This document shows, piece after piece, positions 8,450 through 17,819 of a stretch of DNA of 64,000 nt (position 1 is its first letter; each line of letters opens with the position of its first letter). Under the pieces are notes generated by a model. It ran no database searches, was not told the DNA's origin, and worked only from the letters and a program-made list of their open reading frames with translations. The stretch lies in the sequence record OR352953.1. One strand, 5' to 3'. This DNA is from Escherichia phage AV123. Position numbers and translations under genes: made by a program.

Positions 8450-8767
8450 ATGAGAACCTTAGCTTTGTATATTGATCCTCACTCCATTCGAGAAATGCGA
8501 GATGTACAACAGGATTATGAATTCTACCCAGAAATTTGTGAACGCTATGAAACTATTCTTAGTTCTGTAGAAGATCCAGATACTAGTGAAACAGGTGTTT
8601 CCCACTTACTGTGGATGTTGAATGAAATTCAGGATGGGTGTAATGATATGTCTGAAACCAAACGCCATCGTTGGCTAGGCTATATTCAGGGTGTTATGGT
8701 TATGAAAAACCTTATTACAGTGAATGATGAACGTAATGCTACACGCCCCGTCTTTAATGGAGCATAA
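8450..8767 (+). CDS. hypothetical protein (105 aa)
   Basis: track ORF; GAGAGG RBS. Confidence 0.55.
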   Translation: MRTLALYIDPHSIREMRDVQQDYEFYPEICERYETILSSVEDPDTSETGVSHLLWMLNEIQDGCNDMSETKRHRWLGYIQGVMVMKNLITVNDERNATRPVFNGA

Positions 8768-8768
8768 C

Positions 8769-8984
8769 ATGAAAAGCATTCAGGTGTGTATTGAAAATAA
8801 TTGTGGTTATCTGGGATTGACACATGTTGCTTTCCCTCTTATGTTAGATGCCGATATCGCTTACAGCGGAGTTGCTTATGTGTCATTCAAGACAATGAGC
8901 CAAGTACCTGGCTGGAAGTGGGAAGTAGTTGATGTTGTTGAAGGAGAAGACTATGTTTTCCTTCCACACGAATATACTGTTTAA
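8769..8984 (+). CDS. hypothetical protein (71 aa)
   Basis: in-frame ATG of track ORF 8724..8984 directly after upstream stop. Confidence 0.5.
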   Translation: MKSIQVCIENNCGYLGLTHVAFPLMLDADIAYSGVAYVSFKTMSQVPGWKWEVVDVVEGEDYVFLPHEYTV

Positions 8985-8998
8985 AAGAGGAAAAGAAG

Positions 8999-9175
8999 AT
9001 GGATAAAGAGACTACTGTGTACTTAGTAACAAAGAATACCCCAGGCTGGAGCCAATGCAGCACTGTACCTTACAAAATCTGTGCAACACTAGAACTAGCA
9101 CAACGTGCAGAAGCAGAAGTGAATGCCATGCAATACAGCTATGGTGAAATCATTCCTTTTACTCTTGAACAATAA
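8999..9175 (+). CDS. hypothetical protein (58 aa)
   Basis: ATG 8999 with AAGAGGAAAAG RBS; not in track (<60 aa). Confidence 0.45.
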   Translation: MDKETTVYLVTKNTPGWSQCSTVPYKICATLELAQRAEAEVNAMQYSYGEIIPFTLEQ

Positions 9176-9186
9176 GGAGTTGTGTA

Positions 9187-9639
9187 ATGTTTGAAATTGG
9201 TAAAGTGTATCGTTTTAAAAACCCATCTTATATCCGTAAGTTTGCTAACGTGTCTGAGTGCAATAGCAGGATTGCTTCTTTTTTAGGTGATTCCTATTTT
9301 CGTGTATTAGATGTGGATGATTGGTATGGTGTCACTGCTTTGCAATCCTTAGCAGGAGAACAAGAAATTATCGCTCAAAATGAAGGAGACTTTCTTCAGT
9401 GTTACACGTTGCTTGCAAAAAGTGAGTTTGAGTATTTTGTAGAAGTTTTAGAGGAAGCACCAAAAAGTAAACACGAAGAGAAATACCTGCTTGTAGTGGA
9501 TGGAGTTCCGATCATGGAAACCATCTCCCGTGAGGAAGTTGAAAAAGAGGCGAAACGTTACAAGCTGAATCGTACACAGAGTGTAGTTGAAGTCTATTCT
9601 CTTGTTGGTGTTGCAGATATTAGTGTGAACATTGTATAA
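9187..9639 (+). CDS. hypothetical protein (150 aa)
   Basis: track ORF; AAGGAG RBS. Confidence 0.6.
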   Translation: MFEIGKVYRFKNPSYIRKFANVSECNSRIASFLGDSYFRVLDVDDWYGVTALQSLAGEQEIIAQNEGDFLQCYTLLAKSEFEYFVEVLEEAPKSKHEEKYLLVVDGVPIMETISREEVEKEAKRYKLNRTQSVVEVYSLVGVADISVNIV

Positions 9640-9850
9640 TATATGTGTAATGACAGATACATTCTTCGTGTATCTGATAAGTCCCCTATGTTTGACTGGC
9701 GGGCTGGTGGCTACTAGCTCCGATGCAAGGTCTGACAGACGTGGAAAAGGAGGCTTATGTGTATACAAAAGAAGAGATAGAAAGTAGCCTTTATTTGACA
9801 GATAACATTAAGAATGGTATCTTTGAGTGTAAATTGAAAGGAGAGGAAGA

Positions 9851-10150
9851 ATGACTATTACAGAAAAACTGCGCTGTATTGCAAAGCAAAGTGGAGAAGG
9901 CTTATGGTTTCCTATTGAGGAAATTATTCAGGACTGTTATGATCAGGCTAAGACTGGCAAATACTCCAAAGCATTTAAACCATCTGTTTTCGGTTTGGAT
10001 GATTATCCAAAAAATGAACAAGCAAAGAAACGACAAGTTGATTTGATTGATCTGGCTATGGAAGCACTACGAGAGCATGGACTTAGTAAGGTGTATGCTT
10101 TAAACACCAAAGAGGGCTTTGTAGATTCAGTGATCGTAGACTGGTATTAA
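9851..10150 (+). CDS. hypothetical protein (99 aa)
   Basis: track ORF; AGGAGAGG RBS; TTGACA promoter-like hexamer at ~9797. Confidence 0.6.
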   Translation: MTITEKLRCIAKQSGEGLWFPIEEIIQDCYDQAKTGKYSKAFKPSVFGLDDYPKNEQAKKRQVDLIDLAMEALREHGLSKVYALNTKEGFVDSVIVDWY

Positions 10151-10159
10151 GGAGAAGTC

Positions 10160-10528
10160 ATGCAAGAGAATAGTAAAGTGTGTAGCATGAAAAGCAGCCC
10201 CTATTTGCTACAATTTTATGAGTGGTGGTTAGAACAAGAAGATACAAACTTTAGCAAAAAGCATTATGGTCTTTGCACGTGTCTTGTAGACTTCTTATAC
10301 AATATTGCTTGGATAAAAGATGTTGAGAATGTAGCAAACCTCCAGTCCTCTGTACGAGAGGAAATGAAGGAACAGTTTAAGAAAGCGGGTTTGAACCATT
10401 TACACCCATTTAATACAGATTTCTCACATTACTTTACGGAAACAGAGTTAGGCATTGCACACCTTAACAAAGAACGTGTACAATGGGTGATTGATCGTAT
10501 TCGTGATATGGAGGAATACAATGGTTAA
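10160..10528 (+). CDS. hypothetical protein, paralogue family A
   Basis: track ORF; AAGGAG RBS; motifs LLQFY, GLCTCLVDFL, HPFN, RVQWVIDR shared with 8014 and 11152 genes. Confidence 0.6.
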   Translation: MQENSKVCSMKSSPYLLQFYEWWLEQEDTNFSKKHYGLCTCLVDFLYNIAWIKDVENVANLQSSVREEMKEQFKKAGLNHLHPFNTDFSHYFTETELGIAHLNKERVQWVIDRIRDMEEYNG

Positions 10529-10739
10529 GTTTAAAACTTTCTGTGCGATTACTGTTTGCCTTATTCTTGCATACGTGTTATTCTCTGGTATCGTTCGTTT
10601 AGGCGAGTATATGGCAAGAGAAGCTCGTGAAAGTGCAGCTAAAAAAGAACAGTGTATTGTGTTCAAGCATCAAAGAGATGCTGAAAAGTTTCTCGCACTT
10701 GATTGTAATCGCTATGTATCTTATCAAATGTATGAGTAA
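10521..10739 (+). CDS. small single-pass membrane protein, paralogue family B
   Basis: in-frame ATG with GGAGGA RBS; TM segment then EQCIVFKHQRDAEKFL, similar to 15233..15457. Confidence 0.55.
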   Translation: MVKFKTFCAITVCLILAYVLFSGIVRLGEYMAREARESAAKKEQCIVFKHQRDAEKFLALDCNRYVSYQMYE

Positions 10740-10748
10740 GGAGGATTT

Positions 10749-10973
10749 ATGGTAAAACGTCTGGAATGGGATGCGTGTACTGCTCACGCTTGTCACTGTG
10801 ATATTGTTGAAGACCCTAATGGAGAAATGGTGTATTATGAGGATTACGAAGCATTGCATAATGCTGTGATCGCTTTACTGGATGATATTAGCTCACGCTA
10901 TCCAGGACAACAGTTTACGTGTCCACATATCCAACTGTTAGCCAAACTTACGGAGTATCCAAGTGTTCCATAG
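10749..10973 (+). CDS. hypothetical protein, paralogue family C (CDIV-DP-G ... DY)
   Basis: track ORF; AAGGAGG RBS; N-terminal region similar to 16109..16381. Confidence 0.55.
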   Translation: MVKRLEWDACTAHACHCDIVEDPNGEMVYYEDYEALHNAVIALLDDISSRYPGQQFTCPHIQLLAKLTEYPSVP

Positions 10974-11151
10974 TATGGGTATCCCTGAACAACTGCTATT
11001 TATTGTAGGATTAGTAGGTTTATTGGCGGCTGGCGCTAAAGCCGCTTCTCACACGCATCACATAATGTTAAGATTTCTATTCCTACTCCCTTCTATCCTT
11101 GTATTATTAGTCATACTGATTGATAACATTTTTCACAATTAAGGAGAGGCT

Positions 11152-11736
11152 ATGAGTAAAGTTATACCAAGCAGTTATGAATTATTACAGTTTTATGTGT
11201 ATTATATAGACTGGGTTAGTAGATCGAATGTTAAAGACAATGCGATGTTTAGTAAAAACATCTGTTTAACAGAAAGTATCTTCCGTTACTGGCACACAGG
11301 TAGAAAGTGTACACACAGTGAAGCTATGCGCATTGTAGGAGAATATCTGGAGCAATTGCAAAAAGCAGAGCTACCTGTCCTTCACCCATTCAATGAATCT
11401 AAAGAAGAATTAGAACAAGAATGTAGGGAAGGTAAGTGCCATTTGAATGAAAAACGTATCGAATGGGTGAGGCAACGTTTAGCCGATGCAGGGAATCCTC
11501 CTAGTGACTCTGACTATACGTGGTATGATGTAGAGGGTTTAGTTCAAGGTTTTGAGGCTTGTGCTATAGGTAATACCAACTTTGCCAAAGTTTTATGCGA
11601 GGTTTATGATCTGGCAGATAAAATCCGAAATCACGGATGGAAACAAGAGCATAAAGAATCATATGAACGCCTTGACAAGATTTTCAAACAGATCTATTCT
11701 AACCACAAAGAGATGTTCCAAATGGAGGATGTGTAA
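11152..11736 (+). CDS. hypothetical protein, paralogue family A (longer, 194 aa)
   Basis: track ORF; AAGGAGAGG RBS; LLQFY, HPFN, RIEWVRQR motifs. Confidence 0.6.
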   Translation: MSKVIPSSYELLQFYVYYIDWVSRSNVKDNAMFSKNICLTESIFRYWHTGRKCTHSEAMRIVGEYLEQLQKAELPVLHPFNESKEELEQECREGKCHLNEKRIEWVRQRLADAGNPPSDSDYTWYDVEGLVQGFEACAIGNTNFAKVLCEVYDLADKIRNHGWKQEHKESYERLDKIFKQIYSNHKEMFQMEDV

Positions 11737-12422
11737 TGAAAGAGATTATGTTTGAAGGGCATCGTTACGAAGTTCCAGACAATGCAAATTTCATGGCTCG
11801 TGATATCACTGGAGATGTGTTCTGGTTTGAAGATGAACCTGTGTTTTCTTCGAACAAACACTGGTTTTCACAACAATCTTCTTCGGAAAATATGACTTTT
11901 GGCTACGTAGAGCCTAAAGTGCGCTGCAAAGCAGCTTCTTCTTTGGTAAAAATTTCCCAAGATGATCAAGAAAATACTCCAGATGTTGTTAGTGCACTAC
12001 TGAAATACATTGCAGAACTTGAGAATAAAATTAAAGAAGCAGAAACTAAGGTGAAAGCACGATCAGCCATCATTGAAGCTATGTCTGAACGTATCTTAGA
12101 GCTAGAAGATTTGTGTGGAGAGGCTTATCAAGTGGTCGGTGCACTGGCTTATGAAGCACAAATGTTTGAAACTTCAGAACAAGTTTCACATATGTTAGAT
12201 AATTTAAGTGAATGTAAAATGATTCATGATGATGTATTGCCATTTTGTTGCAATGTTAACAAAACAGAGCAAACAGAAGATTCAGAAACAGTTTATGTTC
12301 CGCTGATGTGTGTTCCAGATCATTTAAAAGGTGTATTCTCTTGTAAATGGTCACTGTTGAGCGTTACTAATTGTGGTGAAAACTATTCTGCCAACATTGA
12401 ATTGCTAAAACACGTTAAATAA
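11736..12422 (+). CDS. hypothetical protein (228 aa) with central coiled-coil-like segment
   Basis: track ORF; ATGA overlap with upstream gene. Confidence 0.6.
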   Translation: MKEIMFEGHRYEVPDNANFMARDITGDVFWFEDEPVFSSNKHWFSQQSSSENMTFGYVEPKVRCKAASSLVKISQDDQENTPDVVSALLKYIAELENKIKEAETKVKARSAIIEAMSERILELEDLCGEAYQVVGALAYEAQMFETSEQVSHMLDNLSECKMIHDDVLPFCCNVNKTEQTEDSETVYVPLMCVPDHLKGVFSCKWSLLSVTNCGENYSANIELLKHVK

Positions 12423-12432
12423 GGAGAGTAAT

Positions 12433-12837
12433 ATGTGGTCTGTTAAAATCAAATATAATGCGCAGTATTATGGTGGAAAGCCTTACGAAGTTGTTATTTG
12501 TGACTGTATCTCTAAAGAAGTTGCACAGCTTTGTGGCACTGGTGTTAGTGAAGCTATGAACAAAATGCATAACTCGACTGTGCGTTACCTGGATCAAGAT
12601 ATTCCAGAAGATGTAAATGACTATGCTTACGAAGTTATTTACAGTGAAGGTAAGAAGCTCTCTATTGAAGATGCACTTAAAGCACTACCTGCTATGTGCA
12701 GCCCAACACCAGAAGCAGTTAAAGAGATTTTACCAGAATCCAACCCCGATGAATATGCCTCTATGGTTGCTTCAGACATGTGGAATCTCTGTCGAGAAAC
12801 TATGATTAAAAATCTTGTGGAAATGGCGCATGAGTAA
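12433..12837 (+). CDS. hypothetical protein (134 aa)
   Basis: track ORF; AAGGAGAG RBS. Confidence 0.6.
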   Translation: MWSVKIKYNAQYYGGKPYEVVICDCISKEVAQLCGTGVSEAMNKMHNSTVRYLDQDIPEDVNDYAYEVIYSEGKKLSIEDALKALPAMCSPTPEAVKEILPESNPDEYASMVASDMWNLCRETMIKNLVEMAHE

Positions 12838-13048
12838 AACACACTTTATACATCCGTTTGATCCAAAGAACAAGGCGGTTATACACCGCCGTTGGACTGA
12901 AACGCGCATTACAAAATGTCCTGTGCCAGCAGCACAGGAATATAACAAAACATATAAAGCAGAATTTGTGGAGTACACCTTTGTAAATAACAAAGGGAAG
13001 GAGGTTTATGTTCCAGAATACTGCCTTTGGATAAAATGGGAGGAATAA
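12830..13048 (+). CDS. hypothetical protein (72 aa)
   Basis: in-frame ATG of track ORF 12815..13048. Confidence 0.45.
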   Translation: MSKTHFIHPFDPKNKAVIHRRWTETRITKCPVPAAQEYNKTYKAEFVEYTFVNNKGKEVYVPEYCLWIKWEE

Positions 13049-13215
13049 TGCAAACATTTTTTATCGACAAGTTCAATAAAAGTATGAATACGTGGATGGC
13101 AACATTCACTATGCAATTTGCGTCATTTAAAGAAGCTCAAGAATGGTGCGATCAACACAAGGATTTTGATTTTTACTATCAAGTTAATGCAAACCTTTCT
13201 CCAGAGGAGAAATAA
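13048..13215 (+). CDS. hypothetical protein (55 aa)
   Basis: in-frame ATG of track ORF 13027..13215 with GGGAGG RBS. Confidence 0.45.
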   Translation: MQTFFIDKFNKSMNTWMATFTMQFASFKEAQEWCDQHKDFDFYYQVNANLSPEEK

Positions 13216-13216
13216 T

Positions 13217-13561
13217 ATGTTGGCTGATATTGAAATCCTTATGTACCGACAAGGTATGATCAAAATGTGGCTAGATTCTTTTAGCAACATATACTGCACA
13301 GTACGATCAGCAGACGAGCGTAAAACGCTTATTTTATCTGCTATTGTTGACAAACAACGTTTCTTCAAAGAAGTTTTGCAAACAGGCTTCTCCGATGCAG
13401 GAGTAGAGATTGCAACGCTTAGTCTTGGAGTGCTGTCTTACTTGGAATCCGTTGTTTTATATGTCTTCTCTTTAGAAGAACACTTGCAATTCAAAGCATT
13501 AAAACTTATCTTAGATGCTGCAATTGACATAGAACAAAATCGAATTGATTCTTTTGAATAA
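13217..13561 (+). CDS. hypothetical protein (114 aa)
   Basis: in-frame ATG of track ORF 13118..13561 with GAGGAG RBS. Confidence 0.5.
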   Translation: MLADIEILMYRQGMIKMWLDSFSNIYCTVRSADERKTLILSAIVDKQRFFKEVLQTGFSDAGVEIATLSLGVLSYLESVVLYVFSLEEHLQFKALKLILDAAIDIEQNRIDSFE

Positions 13562-13577
13562 AAATAAGGAGGAAACT

Positions 13578-14036
13578 ATGCAAGAGGTTAAACATTATCC
13601 ACATGGTCGTAGTTTTGTAGCTGTATGGCATGTTCCTGCTCGTAATGAACTATTTTGTGCATCTTTTCATTACAAAGATGGACAATATTTCACCTATGAC
13701 GAAACGATGGATGATTTTATCCCAGAGTGCGATCATGGGTATACACCAATGTTCTTTAAACGTATGAAAGCTCGTTTCTTCGTTACAGATGTTGATGGTG
13801 AACCTACTTGGCACATCGAAGAAGATTGGCAAGATTCTGTAGATATTAAAGAAGCCCCAGAATGGGCTACATTACTGGTACACGTCAAAACCCCTACTCT
13901 TGACGTTATGGCGTGGGTTAATCATGATGATACCCATTACCAATACATAAATGGTAGCACAGAGATTTCTGGTGAGATTATTGGTCGTTGGAAGCCTACG
14001 AATCAGGTTGCTATTGTCGGGTATAAGACAGTATAA
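13578..14036 (+). CDS. hypothetical protein (152 aa)
   Basis: in-frame ATG of track ORF 13545..14036 with AAGGAGG RBS. Confidence 0.6.
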   Translation: MQEVKHYPHGRSFVAVWHVPARNELFCASFHYKDGQYFTYDETMDDFIPECDHGYTPMFFKRMKARFFVTDVDGEPTWHIEEDWQDSVDIKEAPEWATLLVHVKTPTLDVMAWVNHDDTHYQYINGSTEISGEIIGRWKPTNQVAIVGYKTV

Positions 14037-14037
14037 T

Positions 14038-14232
14038 ATGAAAAATAGTGTAGATTGGGATGATTTATCCGATTTTGAAAAATGGTTCTTAGGTAGTGGT
14101 TGTTATGCAGATGGGGATCTCGAAAGAGATCCTTCTGGAAATTACATTATGCCATTAACCCAAGGTTTTTATGAGTGCTGGTGCGCAGCACAAAACAACG
14201 TACTGAATAAGGAGACAACACAATGCAATTAA
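14038..14232 (+). CDS. hypothetical protein (64 aa)
   Basis: in-frame ATG of track ORF 13951..14232 immediately after upstream stop. Confidence 0.45.
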   Translation: MKNSVDWDDLSDFEKWFLGSGCYADGDLERDPSGNYIMPLTQGFYECWCAAQNNVLNKETTQCN

Positions 14233-14462
14233 ACATCGGACAACCAATTTTTGATGCAGATACTGGTCAATATGCAGTGATTGTTGCTCGTATGAGCGGT
14301 GATGACCTTATTGTTTCAGAACTACTCGGATCAGATCCGCAACTGCGCGTAGTATGTGATCTATATCTTCGAGACGAAAGTGATCGCATTGCACTGAAAG
14401 AAGATGGTATGCTCTACTATACCTGGACTAGAGATCCTGGGGTAACGGAGGTAGAGGTATAA
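14223..14462 (+). CDS. hypothetical protein (79 aa)
   Basis: track ORF; AAGGAG RBS. Confidence 0.55.
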   Translation: MQLNIGQPIFDADTGQYAVIVARMSGDDLIVSELLGSDPQLRVVCDLYLRDESDRIALKEDGMLYYTWTRDPGVTEVEV

Positions 14463-14761
14463 TGGTAAGGAATAGGGGTTTACATAAAAGAAGACACCTT
14501 ACTTACTGGCATCGTAAAGTACATGAACCTGTATCAAAGAAAGAATGGCAATATCTGCCTTATGGGAAGGAGCGAAGAAAGTATCTGTTAGCTCACTTAA
14601 GGGTACATGGTTCTCTTCCTGTTAACAGTAAGTGGCAATTGCAAACAGCTTATGACGAAGATATGAAATATCTGTTAAAGAGAGGCATTATTTGCCTTGT
14701 TAAGATCGGACGATGGAAATCTCGTCAATCTTATATCGTACTTAAACAGGAGAAACGATGA
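14462..14761 (+). CDS. hypothetical highly basic protein (99 aa), possible nucleic-acid binding
   Basis: track ORF; K/R/H-rich composition. Confidence 0.5.
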   Translation: MVRNRGLHKRRHLTYWHRKVHEPVSKKEWQYLPYGKERRKYLLAHLRVHGSLPVNSKWQLQTAYDEDMKYLLKRGIICLVKIGRWKSRQSYIVLKQEKR

Positions 14762-15009
14762 ATATCAAAGATGTTGTAGCATACGTAGAAGATGAAGTTA
14801 AAAACCATACAAGTTTACTGAAAGTAATGGTTGTGGTTAAAGATGGTATTGGACAAGTAAACGTACAACATGTCTTATCTGACACTGTATACAATGTGTT
14901 TGAATGTAAAGAAACACCTCATGGAGTACGTGTGGTTTATATTGATAACAATTTCAAAGAATGTGTGAGACATACCTTAGAAAATGAACTAAGGATCACA
15001 ATCTTATGA
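14758..15009 (+). CDS. hypothetical protein (83 aa)
   Basis: track ORF; ATGA overlap. Confidence 0.5.
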   Translation: MNIKDVVAYVEDEVKNHTSLLKVMVVVKDGIGQVNVQHVLSDTVYNVFECKETPHGVRVVYIDNNFKECVRHTLENELRITIL

Positions 15010-15179
15010 GTTATTATGTTGTACCTTATGCCAATAAGTGGAGAGTAAGAGAAACTTGTTTTCTATTCTCCTGGTGGGCTACGTTCGGAGATGGTTGTGG
15101 AAATGATACAGGAAAGCCTGTAGAGTACGACACAAAAGAAGAATGTGAACAATGGATAAAATTAACACAAAGATGTTGA
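15006..15179 (+). CDS. hypothetical protein (57 aa)
   Basis: ATG 15006 overlapping upstream stop (ATGA); not in track (<60 aa). Confidence 0.4.
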   Translation: MSYYVVPYANKWRVRETCFLFSWWATFGDGCGNDTGKPVEYDTKEECEQWIKLTQRC

Positions 15180-15232
15180 CACGATCTTAACTTCTTGTTA
15201 GTATCAATGTGTACTAACGATAAGGAGGGTTT

Positions 15233-15457
15233 ATGAAGTCTGTAAACAAGTTGCAACAATTTTTGTTATCAACAGCAATCTTTTTGCTTTTGTTAATTGG
15301 TATTCTGTATGGTGCATCTAACTTATACAATCTACATAGTGATGTAGAACAGAATAAAGAGAAGTGCATCATTCTAAAACACAAGAAACAAGCAGAAGAT
15401 TTCTTAAAGAATAAGTGTTACAACTACATTGATTATGAGGAGACAAACAATGATTAA
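15233..15457 (+). CDS. small single-pass membrane protein, paralogue family B
   Basis: track ORF; AAGGAGGG RBS; TTGACA promoter ~15176; EKCIILKHKKQAEDFL motif shared with 10521 gene. Confidence 0.6.
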   Translation: MKSVNKLQQFLLSTAIFLLLLIGILYGASNLYNLHSDVEQNKEKCIILKHKKQAEDFLKNKCYNYIDYEETNND

Positions 15458-15692
15458 AGAATTAGGTATGCGAGTATACAGTGAGTGGACTCCAAGCAAT
15501 GGCCCAGGAGTTGTTGCAGCTAAATGTATCAATGGTCGTATTGAGTACCTGGAAGGGTATGAAGATAATGAAGAGTTAGTAGATTATGCTAAATCTTTTA
15601 TTGAAGATGATACAGACTTTATTGTATTATATGATACAGGAGAGTTAGAGTATGGATATGATGGAGATGGGGATATCTTTGAACTTCAATAA
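15450..15692 (+). CDS. hypothetical acidic protein (80 aa)
   Basis: in-frame ATG of track ORF 15429..15692 with GAGGAG RBS. Confidence 0.5.
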   Translation: MIKELGMRVYSEWTPSNGPGVVAAKCINGRIEYLEGYEDNEELVDYAKSFIEDDTDFIVLYDTGELEYGYDGDGDIFELQ

Positions 15693-15899
15693 GAGTAGTA
15701 AGTAAGGTATAAAGAGTATATAGTTAGTTATAGAGTTAGTAACATTACATATACTCTTTCCATGTATAACATGGAATATTCTCTACCTCGCTATCGCTCG
15801 GTATATAAGATTAGGGTAGCATGTTTTTTACGAAAAGTAAAACTGTTTATACCGATTGATAGCAGGTTTTTAATAGATTCTATCTATGAGGAGTAGAAA

Positions 15900-16118
15900 G
15901 TGTACAAATTATATAAAGGAAAAGATAAGTTTACGGGTAATACATCTGGTTTCTATGTAACACCACGTGGCGTTGCCGTATTTGATTGGATTCCTGGTAC
16001 TCCAGATCGTGAAATGATCTCTCTTGTAAAACTGTCGGAACAAGAGTACACTTACGGTGACATTACAACATTCTATTCTCGTGCAGAAAATCCAAAACTG
16101 ATTGCGGAGTGGGAATAA
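15900..16118 (+). CDS. hypothetical protein (72 aa), GTG start
   Basis: track ORF; GAGGAG RBS; long inverted repeat AAAGAGTATAT/ATATACTCTTT in upstream spacer. Confidence 0.5.
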   Translation: MYKLYKGKDKFTGNTSGFYVTPRGVAVFDWIPGTPDREMISLVKLSEQEYTYGDITTFYSRAENPKLIAEWE

Positions 16119-16381
16119 TGGTTACACGATATGATTTAGAGGTGTACAGCCAAGGTGCTGCTGGTCAATGTGATATTGTACCAGATCCAGAAGGAGACTA
16201 TGTTCTTCTTGCTGATTACAACAAGCTAGAAGAAAGACTTCTGGCTGTGTATGCTAAAGAGAACAAAACAATCTGTCCTTATTGCAATGGAATGGGTTGG
16301 GTTGTTGCAGATGTTGGACAAATGTATGAATGTGTGCCTTGTAAAACCACAGGATTTATTGAAAAGGATACTGACAAATGA
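16109..16381 (+). CDS. hypothetical protein, paralogue family C, C-terminal CxxC...CxxC zinc-ribbon
   Basis: track ORF; CDIVPDPEGDY motif shared with 10749 gene; CPYC and CVPC pairs. Confidence 0.55.
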   Translation: MGIMVTRYDLEVYSQGAAGQCDIVPDPEGDYVLLADYNKLEERLLAVYAKENKTICPYCNGMGWVVADVGQMYECVPCKTTGFIEKDTDK

Positions 16382-16626
16382 CTGTAGCAGATAAAATGAG
16401 AGAACTGGCAGAAAACGCAGAACTTAACAAAGCAAAGGAGAGTTTACAAAATATCTACGCGTATATTGAGAGAGCAGCTAAAGATGGAGACAGAGAAGTT
16501 GCTATATACACGCTTTATCCAACTTTCGCAAAAGTTAGCTTGGATGCTGAAGGTTTTTCAACTTTTATTGATACAGAAACATCTCATTACGATGAAAACT
16601 TTACTCGAATAGTTATTCGATGGTAA
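16378..16626 (+). CDS. hypothetical protein (82 aa)
   Basis: track ORF; ATGA overlap. Confidence 0.5.
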   Translation: MTVADKMRELAENAELNKAKESLQNIYAYIERAAKDGDREVAIYTLYPTFAKVSLDAEGFSTFIDTETSHYDENFTRIVIRW

Positions 16627-16731
16627 ATTTCTGATATTTATGCGCCCTGGCTACCTGGGCGTAATAAATTCAGCTTATATTTGATCCGCGCCTTCGGCGC
16701 TTAGGCAAAGCCACGCCACACAGGAGAGTTT

Positions 16732-17142
16732 ATGTTCAAATGGTTAAAAGAGTTTCTAACATCTTTGGCAGAACCTAAGCAAGATGTTATTAAAAGCTCT
16801 ATCACAGGAAAACCGCTTGTTATAGTTACAGGCGGTTTTGGTCATGGGTTTTCTCTTAAACAAACAGATATAGGTTTACAGGGATCTTTGATTAGTTTTA
16901 GAATCACCCAACTAGGAGATAATAGACAAACAATCTTAGACCTTTTCAATGGGGAATTTGATGACTATTTATCCAAGAGTGGTAAAGAACGTCTGATCGA
17001 GCATATAAAACACCGCTATGAGCATGGTGGTTACTACTTAGATACAAAACGTAATGCACAAGGTGATCTTGACATAGTTCGTATAGCGTGGGATAATGAA
17101 TTTAAAACTAAACTTGGTAAACTTCTGGAGGAGTTATGGTAA
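16732..17142 (+). CDS. hypothetical protein (136 aa)
   Basis: track ORF; CAGGAG RBS; GC hairpins in upstream spacer. Confidence 0.6.
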   Translation: MFKWLKEFLTSLAEPKQDVIKSSITGKPLVIVTGGFGHGFSLKQTDIGLQGSLISFRITQLGDNRQTILDLFNGEFDDYLSKSGKERLIEHIKHRYEHGGYYLDTKRNAQGDLDIVRIAWDNEFKTKLGKLLEELW

Positions 17143-17318
17143 ATATTAAAACAGGTGATATTGTACGTCTTGCCAGTGAAGAAATGTTAATGACTGTAAT
17201 GGTATCTACCTATGATACTTGCGAAGTGGTATGGTTTGATGTTAATGAACAACTACAGAAAGCTACATTTGATAAACGTATGCTTCGTAAAGTTGAAGAA
17301 GTGAAGGAGGAAGAATAA
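17136..17318 (+). CDS. hypothetical protein (60 aa)
   Basis: track ORF. Confidence 0.45.
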   Translation: MVNIKTGDIVRLASEEMLMTVMVSTYDTCEVVWFDVNEQLQKATFDKRMLRKVEEVKEEE

Positions 17319-17319
17319 T

Positions 17320-17532
17320 ATGACAATGTTGCTTCGTATGTTTGTGTTTCTTATGTTCTGGATTATCGTTGGTAACGGTATTGTGTTTTTGATTTTTCCT
17401 GAAGTAATGACAGGTAATGAAAATAAGGCAGTGCCTTACATTATGCTTATCGGTTACGGTATTGGTACACTTGGATTACTGTTTGCTGACTGGTTAGTCA
17501 ATACTTTGTTCTCTAAGTACAGGAACAACTAA
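17320..17532 (+). CDS. small membrane protein with two TM-like segments (70 aa)
   Basis: track ORF; AAGGAGG RBS; hydrophobic. Confidence 0.55.
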   Translation: MTMLLRMFVFLMFWIIVGNGIVFLIFPEVMTGNENKAVPYIMLIGYGIGTLGLLFADWLVNTLFSKYRNN

Positions 17533-17533
17533 T

Positions 17534-17806
17534 ATGTCGGAAAAATTACCTAATGTTTTCTTTTGTTTTGTAGATTGTGTTACACAAGAAATTATAGTTG
17601 ACGAAGAAGGTATGTTTACTTATTTTGCATCTGAAGAAGAGGCAAAACTATCAGCTATGAAATGTATAAGCCAATTGTCAGTACCTGCTGTCAACAGGTT
17701 CGGTATTGCACAGGTGTATAAAACAGTAACAGAGTTTACACCAGATCGAAAACTAACTTTTCTTAACGTTCACTTTGTTTGTAAGTTTAGTGAACTACGA
17801 CATTAA
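17534..17806 (+). CDS. hypothetical protein (90 aa)
   Basis: track ORF. Confidence 0.5.
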   Translation: MSEKLPNVFFCFVDCVTQEIIVDEEGMFTYFASEEEAKLSAMKCISQLSVPAVNRFGIAQVYKTVTEFTPDRKLTFLNVHFVCKFSELRH

Positions 17807-17819
17807 ATCAGGAGTAAAA

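Noticed and set aside
705-13368. Many opposite-strand ORFs from the six-frame track overlapping better-supported genes (for example 705..896-, 790..1008-, 1159..1392-, 2357..2599-, 4040..4234-, 9448..9768-, 10448..10666-, 12639..13109-, 13123..13368-)
   Set aside because: They lie antisense to ORFs with RBSs and consistent operon structure, lack their own RBS and have low-complexity translations; treated as shadow ORFs.
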